Source: an uncultured Gemmatimonadota bacterium (GTDB taxonomy: Bacteria > JAAXHH01). From it: 64,000 nucleotides of DNA. The notes beneath the pieces are model-generated. The model was not told the origin of the DNA, did no database searches, and saw only the letters and a program-made list of their open reading frames with translations. The position numbers and the translations under genes were made by a program. Shown piece after piece: positions 53,915 to 62,180 of the stretch. Location: positions 2,912,001 to 2,976,000 of the forward strand of contig OX638340.1 of assembly GCA_951812955.1 (NCBI GenBank), in the 5' to 3' direction. Numbering within the stretch: position 1 is the stretch's first letter; each line of letters opens with the position of its first letter.

Positions 53915-56900
53915 ATGAGTGAAATCGTTACATACCTTGGTGGAAAGACGCTGCTGATTACCGGCGCCACGGGATTCCTCGCGAAAGCGGTCGTGGAAAA
54001 GATCCTGCGGTGCGCGCCGGAGGTCGGCCGCGTATACCTTGTCGTCAGGCCCCGCCGCAAGAAGGACGGCACTACGCTGTCGGCGGCGGAGCGCGTGGAG
54101 GATGAAATACTCCAGTCCGCCGCTTTCGCCCGTTTGCGCGAGATGCACGGCGACCGATTCGCACCATTCATGGCGGAGAAGGTTCATGCTGTCGAGGGGG
54201 ATCTGACCCTGGACCACCTGGGATTGGAGCCGGAACTGTACCGGCTTCTTTCCGAAGAGGTCAATGTCGTAATGACCTGTGCCGCTTCCGTTACCTTCGA
54301 CGAAGAAATCGACGCCGCCCTGCAGCTGAACGCTCTGGGCGCCAGGCGGATGATGGAATTCGCCAGAACGTGCAACCGCGCCATACTCGTCCACGTATCC
54401 ACGGCCTATGTCAATGGCCAGCTCAAGGGGCGCATCCCGGAAGTTCCACCACGGCCGGACTGGTCCATGGCCCAGGAAATGGGGATCAGCGACGCGCCAT
54501 TCGACCTGGAAAAGGAAATCCGGGGTATTTTGGCGAGGGCCGAAGAAATCCATGTTGCGTCACGATCGGCTGTCCAGCAGAAACGGTTCCGTAGGTCAGC
54601 CCTTCAACAGAACGCGCGGCCCACGCAGCGCTGGCTTGACGCCCAGATGGAGACCTTCCGTAAACGCTGGCTGAAGGAACAGCTTATCGAAGAAGGGATG
54701 CGCCGGGGACAGCAGTGGGGCTGGCACGACAGCTACACCTTGACGAAGGCCATGGGCGAACAACTGATCGTCAAGCATCGGGGCGAACTGCCCACGGTCA
54801 TCATTCGTCCGTCCATCGTGGAAAGCAGTCTCGTCGAGCCGGAACCGGGATGGATAGAAGGGCTCAAGGTCGCCGACCCGCTGATCGACGCGGTGAGCAA
54901 GGGCCGCCTGCCGGATTTTCCCGGCGATAAGGACATGATCGTGGACATCATCCCGGTGGACATGGTGGTAAACTCCATGCTGGCCGCCATGGAGCACACG
55001 GTCCGGGAGGGCGGAATCAGCGTGTACCACGTGTCTACGGGCGACCGGAATCCAATCCGATTCCAACAGGCCTTCGAACTTTCCTACGAGTACTTCCTGC
55101 AGCATCCACGCCTGAACCGGAACAACGAACCCATACCCATCCGGCGCTGGACCTATCCGACCCTCGCCCAGTTCAGACGGCGGTACAACCTGCGCTACGT
55201 CTATCCACTGAACACCGCGCTCTGGGTGTTCAACCGCTTCAGCCGCATCACCTTCCTGAATAACTGGAAGCGCAGAATAACCGTGCTGAAATCGGCGATC
55301 TCCCGCATGCTCTACTACGCTTCGATCTACAGTCCCTACACGTCCCTGGAATGCACCTTCGAAACCGGTCGGACGGTCGGCCTGCACGAACGGCTCGGGC
55401 CCGATGACCGGCTGCTGTTCAACGGCGACGTATCCAGAATACAATGGAAGACCTACTTCCAGGATATTCATATTCCAGGGTTGAAGCGCCACGTGTTGAA
55501 GACCGACGAACCCAGGCCCACGGTTACAGAAGAGGAGGAGGTTGCGGAGCGGTCGGGGTTTACCCAGGCGGAGGATGACCCCCTGCCCCACCTCGACACG
55601 TTGACGGATATATTGGCCAAGAGCGCGGATATGTACGGAGACAAGACCGCGATGCAGATGGAGCGTGAGGGGGTATGGGTCCGGTATTCTTTCAAGGACG
55701 TGCACGACCTGGCCGGCCACATGGGCTGGCAATGGCGGTCCGGCGGGCTGCACCCGGGCGACCGCGTCCTGCTGTTTTCGGAAAACAAGCCCGAATGGGG
55801 GATCGCCTGTTTTGCGGGTCTGGTGGCCGGAGCGGTGATCGTGCCCGTAGACCGGCGGTCATCGGCGCAGGAAGTGTGGCGCATTGCCCGGTTCACCGGT
55901 TCGAAGGCTGTCCTGTGTTCGGAAAGCGGTTTCGAGATGCTGAAAGCCTCGGAAGCACCGGACCTGGAGGTCGCTTTCTGGAATATCGACAACTACGGCC
56001 TCCCTTTCGATGCCTCGCGGCCGTCGGCGTCGCCGGTCGCCTTGAACGAGGAACCGCCCGCCTGGGCGCCGGTTCAACCCGATGCGCCGGCCGCCATCAT
56101 GTTTACACGGGGCATGGCTGCGGAGTCGCACGGCGTGGTGCTGTCCCATCGGAATTTCGTATCGAACCTGCTGTCTCTTGCCGAGATTCTGCGCGCCTAC
56201 CGGACCGACCATTTCCTCTCTCTGCTGCCCATGAGCCAGGCCCTCGAGTTCACCGGGGGATTCCTCATGCCCTTCTACGCGGGAGCGACCATTACCTATA
56301 CCGCTTCGGTACGTCCTCGATCCCTGGTCGCCCTGATGGTTGAATCCGAAATCAACTGCCTGATCGCGGCGCCCCGGATTTTCGGACTGATGCACCGGCC
56401 GCTGCAGCGTGCGGCCCGTGAATCGGATACGGACGTGGTTTCCCGCATGCGACTGCTGGTCAGCGGCGGCGGTACGCTCGCGTCGGATCTCTACCACGCC
56501 TACCGCGATTTCGGCCTCACCATACACGAGGGATACGGGCTCACGGAAGCGGCGCCGGTCGTGGCCGTGAACCCCATGGACCGAAGCAAACCGTCCTCCG
56601 TCGGCATCGCCCTTCCGGAGGTCGACGTGCGTATCGCAAATCCCGATGAGGATGGGAAGGGAGAAATCGTCGTGCGCGGGTCGAACGTCATGCTGGGATA
56701 TTTCGAGAACCCGTCGGCGACGGAGCATCGCATCCGCGACGGCTGGCTTCACACGGGGGACATCGGTTACATCGACCGGGACGGCTACTTGTACATCGCC
56801 GACCGCATGGAGCGCAGCCGCGGATCGAAGGATGTACCGGATGGTCGTCCGGGGAACGGCAAGTCCCGCAGCGCCACCGCCTTCTTCGACGTGGACGGAA

Positions 56901-57535
56901 CCATCGTCGACGCCACGATCGTACACTACTACGCCTTTTACAGGACCTGGGGTTATTCCGTTCCGAAGCGTCTGCTTTGGACCCTGGGCTTTCTGCCGAA
57001 GGTCGTCTATTACATGGTGCTGGACAAAATCAGCAGAAGCCGTTTCAACCAGGTCTTCTACAGGCAATACCGGGGATTCGAGCGCGGCGAGTGCGTATCC
57101 CGCAGCGAACGCCTCTTCAACGAAGTCATGCGGCCGCGCATGTTCACCGGCGCCGTCGAACGCATTCGGGAGCATCAGCAAAGAGGCGAGCGCGTGGTCC
57201 TGGTCACCGGATCCCTCGATTTTATCGTGGAACCCCTCGCGGAGTACACCAAGGCCGACGATCTCATCGCCCTGTCCATGAAGGAGGAGAACGGCCGGCT
57301 GACGGGAGAGCCGGAAGGGCCGCCGATCGGCGACGAGGAGAAGGCCCGTATCGTCCGGGATTACGCCGAACGGCGCGGCATCGACCTGGACCGAAGTTAC
57401 GCCTATGCCGACAGCAGATCGGACCGGCCCATGCTGGACCTGGTGGGACACGCCGTCGTGGTGAACCCGGGCGGGAAACTCAGAAAGGCTGCGGAAGCCG
57501 GCGGCTGGGAAGTCGTTAGCTGGACCCACGTATGA
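53915..57535 (+). CDS. Three-domain fusion: fatty acyl-CoA reductase (NAD_binding_4 + sterile domain), truncated adenylate-forming (ANL) domain, HAD-IB phosphatase
   Basis: The reductase part has LITGATGFLAK, YTLTKAMGE (YxxxK), and a C-terminal sterile-domain pattern ending ...WKTYFQDIHIPGLKRHVL. The ANL part (about 55590-56820) has GYGLTEA, GEIVVRGSNVMLGYF and WLHTGDIGYIDRDGYLYIADR. Its P-loop reads MFTRGMAAESHG and nothing follows the hinge. The HAD part (about 56875-57532) has FFDVDGT, VTGS and YADSRSD. Confidence 0.85.
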   Translation: MSEIVTYLGGKTLLITGATGFLAKAVVEKILRCAPEVGRVYLVVRPRRKKDGTTLSAAERVEDEILQSAAFARLREMHGDRFAPFMAEKVHAVEGDLTLDHLGLEPELYRLLSEEVNVVMTCAASVTFDEEIDAALQLNALGARRMMEFARTCNRAILVHVSTAYVNGQLKGRIPEVPPRPDWSMAQEMGISDAPFDLEKEIRGILARAEEIHVASRSAVQQKRFRRSALQQNARPTQRWLDAQMETFRKRWLKEQLIEEGMRRGQQWGWHDSYTLTKAMGEQLIVKHRGELPTVIIRPSIVESSLVEPEPGWIEGLKVADPLIDAVSKGRLPDFPGDKDMIVDIIPVDMVVNSMLAAMEHTVREGGISVYHVSTGDRNPIRFQQAFELSYEYFLQHPRLNRNNEPIPIRRWTYPTLAQFRRRYNLRYVYPLNTALWVFNRFSRITFLNNWKRRITVLKSAISRMLYYASIYSPYTSLECTFETGRTVGLHERLGPDDRLLFNGDVSRIQWKTYFQDIHIPGLKRHVLKTDEPRPTVTEEEEVAERSGFTQAEDDPLPHLDTLTDILAKSADMYGDKTAMQMEREGVWVRYSFKDVHDLAGHMGWQWRSGGLHPGDRVLLFSENKPEWGIACFAGLVAGAVIVPVDRRSSAQEVWRIARFTGSKAVLCSESGFEMLKASEAPDLEVAFWNIDNYGLPFDASRPSASPVALNEEPPAWAPVQPDAPAAIMFTRGMAAESHGVVLSHRNFVSNLLSLAEILRAYRTDHFLSLLPMSQALEFTGGFLMPFYAGATITYTASVRPRSLVALMVESEINCLIAAPRIFGLMHRPLQRAARESDTDVVSRMRLLVSGGGTLASDLYHAYRDFGLTIHEGYGLTEAAPVVAVNPMDRSKPSSVGIALPEVDVRIANPDEDGKGEIVVRGSNVMLGYFENPSATEHRIRDGWLHTGDIGYIDRDGYLYIADRMERSRGSKDVPDGRPGNGKSRSATAFFDVDGTIVDATIVHYYAFYRTWGYSVPKRLLWTLGFLPKVVYYMVLDKISRSRFNQVFYRQYRGFERGECVSRSERLFNEVMRPRMFTGAVERIREHQQRGERVVLVTGSLDFIVEPLAEYTKADDLIALSMKEENGRLTGEPEGPPIGDEEKARIVRDYAERRGIDLDRSYAYADSRSDRPMLDLVGHAVVVNPGGKLRKAAEAGGWEVVSWTHV

Positions 57536-58767
57536 AAGCGGTTCAATACATCAAAAGCGTACCCAGGTACCTGTTCGTACGGACGATCGGCCATCGCAGC
57601 CCCGTTTTGGCGACCGGCGCCCTGTCGTGCATACGCATGGTAGACGTCGATCCCCCGGTGCTTCCGACTCCGGCATGGGTGCGCATCAGACCGCGCTTGA
57701 CCGGCATATGCGGATCAGACCTCTCCACCATCAAGGCCGGCGGAAGCCCTTACTTTTCCCCCCTGATATCCTCGCCTTTTGTCCTTGGACACGAAGTGGT
57801 GGGCGAGGTCCTGGAGACCGGTCCCGAATCAGGGGGCGTGTCCCGGGGGGACCGCGTGGCCATCGAACCCGGTCTGTGCTGCCCTGTTCGGGGCATCGAC
57901 CCGCCGTGCCCGTCGTGCCGGGAGGGAGATTTCGGCCTGTGTGAGATGGTTATGCACGGCGATATTTCCCCTGGCATTCAGACGGGGTATTGCAGGGACA
58001 CGGGCGGCGGATGGAGCACATCCCTGGTCGCACACCCCTTCCAGGTCCATCCGGTGCCCGAGCGGCTGACCGATGAGGAAGCGGTCCTGATAGAACCATT
58101 CAGCTGTTGCCTGCACGCCGTGATGAAATCCTTTCCCTCCGATGATGAGACGGTGCTCGTAATCGGGTGCGGTGCGATCGGGTTGCTTACTATCGCATCC
58201 ATACGGGCCCTGGGAGCCAAATGCCGGATTCTCGCCGCCGCCCGTTATGGCCATCAGGAGACCCTGGCGGCTGAACTGGGCGCCGACCGGGTCATCGGCC
58301 GGGGCGACGGCCTATACGAAAGCTTGAGCGAGGTGACCGGGGCGGAAATCCATCGTCCGGAGATCGGGCGGCCCGTATTCATCGGCGGCGCAAACCGGAC
58401 CTTCGATTGTGTCGGTTCCTCCCGCTCCATCGACGACGCCCTTCGACTGACCGGATCCGGTGGATGCGTCACCGTCGTAGGCATGCCGGGTATACCTTCC
58501 GGCATCGACTGGACAGCCGTCTGGTACAAGGAATTGAAAGTCCAGGGCGCGTATGCGTACGGGACGGAAAAATATGAAAACCGATCCGTGCGGACCTTCG
58601 ACCTTGCCATGCGGTTGCTGGAGGAGGGCAAGGTCGATCTGAAACCCCTGTTAACGGACCTTTATCCTCTGAAGGACTACCGGAAGGCGATCGGCCGGGC
58701 GCTGAAAGCCGGAAGCCAGGGCGCGGTCAAGGTGGCCTTCGACCTGCGAGACGAACCGGCGCGGTAG
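57532..58767 (+). CDS. Zinc-dependent medium-chain alcohol dehydrogenase
   Basis: The blocks are GICGSDLS, GHEVVGEV, the structural-Zn cysteines CCPVRGIDPPCPSC, and the Rossmann motif VIGCGAIG. The start overlaps the upstream stop (ATGA). Confidence 0.85.
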   Translation: MKAVQYIKSVPRYLFVRTIGHRSPVLATGALSCIRMVDVDPPVLPTPAWVRIRPRLTGICGSDLSTIKAGGSPYFSPLISSPFVLGHEVVGEVLETGPESGGVSRGDRVAIEPGLCCPVRGIDPPCPSCREGDFGLCEMVMHGDISPGIQTGYCRDTGGGWSTSLVAHPFQVHPVPERLTDEEAVLIEPFSCCLHAVMKSFPSDDETVLVIGCGAIGLLTIASIRALGAKCRILAAARYGHQETLAAELGADRVIGRGDGLYESLSEVTGAEIHRPEIGRPVFIGGANRTFDCVGSSRSIDDALRLTGSGGCVTVVGMPGIPSGIDWTAVWYKELKVQGAYAYGTEKYENRSVRTFDLAMRLLEEGKVDLKPLLTDLYPLKDYRKAIGRALKAGSQGAVKVAFDLRDEPAR

Positions 58768-58805
58768 CCCGGATTCATTGAGAAAACGCAAAACGGAGTT
58801 CCCCC

Positions 58806-60491
58806 GTGCCCTACCTGAAGATTCTGCGCGCGGAAGTTCCGCAAGTGCATGTCCTCTCAAAGGATGTCACTACCCTGGGCCGTTCCGGGGAAGTCGATAT
58901 GCCCATCAGAGGGGACCGCGGTGTCTCCAAACTCCACGCGCGGATCGAAAGCGAGGCTGCGGGCTACGTGATCACGGACCTGGGCAGCCGGAACGGTACG
59001 TATGTCAACGATCATCCGGTCGCCGGGGAACCCGCCCCGCTGCTTTCAGGCGATCATATCAGGGTCGGACAGACTGTCCTGGTATTTGAAGGGGGAGAAC
59101 CGGATGGGACGCATTCCGCGGGCACGGGAACCGCGGATGCGGAGGCCGTGGCGAGTAAGGACGATCCGCAGGCGCCGGCGTCGCTGTTCCGGGCGGATCA
59201 ACTGCCCTATACGCAGGCTGGCCGCCCGCCCGTCCGTCAGCGTGCAGGCGCGGACAACCACCTGCTGAAGCTGACGGATCTGAGCAAGGCCGTCATGACG
59301 GTGCGCAGCGAAGCGGAACTGGGAGATCTCGTTACCCGGCGCCTGCTCGAGTGGCTGGAGGCCGACTGCTGTGCGATCGTCCATCCCCTGGACACCGAGG
59401 ATGGTTACGACCTCGAGATAAGGTCGCTGGTATCCCGTACCGGAAGAGAAGCCGGCGGCATCTCAATCAGCACCACCGCGGTGAAACAGGCCCTGGAAAA
59501 CCGGATGGCCTCCATCACCACGAATGCCCTGGGGGATGAACGGTTCAGGGACCAGCACAGCGTCATCCTCCGCGGGCTGGCGTCCATTCTGTGCGTACCC
59601 CTGTGGCATGAAGACCGGGTATTCGGTCTGCTGTACCTCGATTCATCGGATCCCGCCGCGCAGTTTACCGTGGATCACCTCGGTCTCGTCAGCGCGGCCG
59701 CCAACCTGGCCGCCATCAAGACCGACAACCTGCGCCTGTTCGACGCGGCCGTCGCCAAGAGCGCGCTGGACAAGGAACTGGCCCTGGCCGGGGAGATTCA
59801 GGCGGGCCTGCTGCCCGGAGAGCGCTACGTGTTCCAACGTCTTGCCTGCGCGGGAAAGCTCCAGTCCTGCGCGGCGATCGGTGGCGACTACTACGATTTT
59901 ATTCCTATTGGCGAGAACGTCCTGACGGTGACGATCGCCGACGTTACCGGACACGGTCCCTCCAGCGCGATGCTCATGGTCGCCTGCAAGACCATGCTGA
60001 CCACCCTCATAGAGATCCGGGTTCCCCTGACGGAACGGGTGACGCGGTTGAATGAATACATGGTCCACCACGCTGCATCCAACCAGTTCATTACTTTCTT
60101 CCACGCCGAAATCGACCTGGAGCACCGGTCGCTGAACTATTGCAACGCCGGCCACAATCCCCCCATGCTCCTGCCGCCCGGCGACGCGCCGCCTGCGAGA
60201 CTGCATTCCGCAGGCCCGCCGTTGGGGATCGTTTCCTGTCCCTTTGACCTGGAGACCGTGGATTTTCCGCCAGGGTCCAGGCTGGTCATGTACACGGACG
60301 GAATCACCGAGGCCTCAGACCCGGAAGGGGTGCTTTACGAGGAAGACCGGCTGGAATCGCTGCTGACAAGGTGTCGCCGGCAGGACGCGGACGCGTTGAA
60401 AAACAGCATCCTGGCGGAACTTCTGGAATTCACCGCGGGACGGGAACAGGATGACGACGTTACCCTGGCCGTAGTGGAATACACCACCTAG
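58806..60491 (+). CDS. FHA - GAF - PP2C/SpoIIE-family protein phosphatase
   Basis: The FHA part has TLGRSGEVDMPI...VSKLHARI...DLGSRNGTYVN. A GAF-like middle region contains GLLYLDS. The PP2C part has GGDYYDF, DVTGHG and YTDGITE. The start codon is GTG. Confidence 0.85.
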   Translation: MPYLKILRAEVPQVHVLSKDVTTLGRSGEVDMPIRGDRGVSKLHARIESEAAGYVITDLGSRNGTYVNDHPVAGEPAPLLSGDHIRVGQTVLVFEGGEPDGTHSAGTGTADAEAVASKDDPQAPASLFRADQLPYTQAGRPPVRQRAGADNHLLKLTDLSKAVMTVRSEAELGDLVTRRLLEWLEADCCAIVHPLDTEDGYDLEIRSLVSRTGREAGGISISTTAVKQALENRMASITTNALGDERFRDQHSVILRGLASILCVPLWHEDRVFGLLYLDSSDPAAQFTVDHLGLVSAAANLAAIKTDNLRLFDAAVAKSALDKELALAGEIQAGLLPGERYVFQRLACAGKLQSCAAIGGDYYDFIPIGENVLTVTIADVTGHGPSSAMLMVACKTMLTTLIEIRVPLTERVTRLNEYMVHHAASNQFITFFHAEIDLEHRSLNYCNAGHNPPMLLPPGDAPPARLHSAGPPLGIVSCPFDLETVDFPPGSRLVMYTDGITEASDPEGVLYEEDRLESLLTRCRRQDADALKNSILAELLEFTAGREQDDDVTLAVVEYTT

Positions 60492-60589
60492 CCAGACCTC
60501 CGGGTGAACGCCGCCCGCGGCGTGACCCGCGGTTCCGACCCGCATGTCCTCCGCCCGCCTCAGAACAGTCGCCCGGCCAAGGCGCCAGT

Positions 60590-61642
60590 CTATATCCAAC
60601 CGTGATCGATGCTTACCGGCGTGCCGGACTGCTGATGCGTCCACTGTCCCCCGCTGGCCAGCGGTACCTCCCGGCCGGAAATGGACGACTGTTCGGCGGC
60701 GAACAGGATCTCCATGACGTGACGGCCCCATTCACCGGGCGTGGGCGGTTCGATGTCCTTGCGGATGGACTCGACAAACCCCTTCCACTCGTTGTACATG
60801 GGATGGGGCGGGTCGTCGAAGGGCACGTCCTCCCACTTGTTGTCCTTGCCGACCCTGACGTACTTCTCGCCCGATTCGCTGAAGCGCAGCGAGCCGTTCG
60901 CGCAGATCACCTGGCATTCGTGGTTGGGCCCGCCGTCGGCGTAACCCACGGCCACCGCCACGCCCGCCGTGCCGTTCTTGTACCGGATGAAGGCCGTGGA
61001 GGAGTCGTCCGCGGCCTGGTAGTGCGCCCGGTTGCCAATGGAGGCGGAGACCGATATTGCCTGGGAAGCCATGACCCAGGAGAGGCGGTCCACCACGTGG
61101 ACGCCGTTGGTCATCCACATGCCGCCGCCGTGGAACCTGCTGCGGTACTGGGGCCTGCGGCCGCCGTGCCCCCACTGCTTGGACATGTAGCATACTGCCG
61201 TGATAGCAGGGCCAAGCGCTCCGGAGTCCAGGATTTCCTTCGCCTTGACGCTGGTGCCGTAGAAATGCTGCGTCAGGCCCACCATGAGCTTGACGCGATT
61301 GGCCGCGGCTGCGGCGATCATGTCGTCGCACTGGTCCAGGCTGATTGCCATGGGTTTCTCCACCAGGACGTGCTTGCCGGCGTTGCAGGCGTCCACGGTA
61401 AGGCGGTGGTGAAGCTGGTGGCCAAGGACGATGGCCACGGCTTCGACCTCGTCGTCCGCCAACAGCTCCGTGTGGGTTTCGTAACCCCTGGGGATATCGT
61501 ACTTTTCCATGTATTCACGTCGCTTTTCTTCGAGCAGGTCCGCGACCGCGACGATCTCCACGCCAACCTGGTTGGTGATGGCCTCGCAGTGCGGACGGGC
61601 GATGCCGCCCAGGCCGATTATACCGACGCGCAGATTAGACAC
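60590..61642 (-). CDS. Gfo/Idh/MocA-family oxidoreductase
   Basis: The blocks are LRVGIIGLGGIARPH and the EKP motif VLVEKPM. Confidence 0.85.
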   Translation of the reverse strand: MSNLRVGIIGLGGIARPHCEAITNQVGVEIVAVADLLEEKRREYMEKYDIPRGYETHTELLADDEVEAVAIVLGHQLHHRLTVDACNAGKHVLVEKPMAISLDQCDDMIAAAAANRVKLMVGLTQHFYGTSVKAKEILDSGALGPAITAVCYMSKQWGHGGRRPQYRSRFHGGGMWMTNGVHVVDRLSWVMASQAISVSASIGNRAHYQAADDSSTAFIRYKNGTAGVAVAVGYADGGPNHECQVICANGSLRFSESGEKYVRVGKDNKWEDVPFDDPPHPMYNEWKGFVESIRKDIEPPTPGEWGRHVMEILFAAEQSSISGREVPLASGGQWTHQQSGTPVSIDHGWI

Positions 61643-62180
61643 AGGTAACGCTCCTTTGATGGGTGCATGGAAGTGGGCTGGCGGGGGTGGTTCAGATCAC
61701 GCCACCGCCGCGATCATATTCTGCTATCAGCTTCCTTCGGAATCTGTACGCTACTATCTGAATATAAAAGACGGCAGATCTTCTGCAGGCAATGGATTTA
61801 ACAACGCGAAACTTCAACATACCATCGCCCATCAGCATCGCCTTATACCGGTCACAGGTTGTTTCAGTCCGGATTATCGGCCTGAGTTCAAATATTCTGT
61901 ATAGATGAAGGTCATGTCATTATATTAGCGATCGTCTGTCAGCGCAGACATCATCTGCGCTGTAGTAAAGTGATCAGTAATACACCCCCGCCAAGAATTT
62001 CTCGTAGCGTGCATTTTATTCCACATATCATCAATTACGCCCGCGATCCCAGGTCTGTGTTCAAAGCCTTGCCGGGTTCAGTCGCAATGGCGTTTGCAAC
62101 AATAGAGCTTGTTAAGTAAGAAGCACCTGTTTTTCTGGTTGGATAACACGTGGATCTATGGAACAGAATGGAATCTCAGG

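Noticed and set aside
61940-61962. A 9-bp-stem hairpin in the AT-richer spacer, considered as an intrinsic terminator.
   Set aside because: No U/T tract follows on either strand. It also lies upstream of both flanking divergent genes, so a terminator role is unlikely. It is mentioned only as a possible operator or structure.
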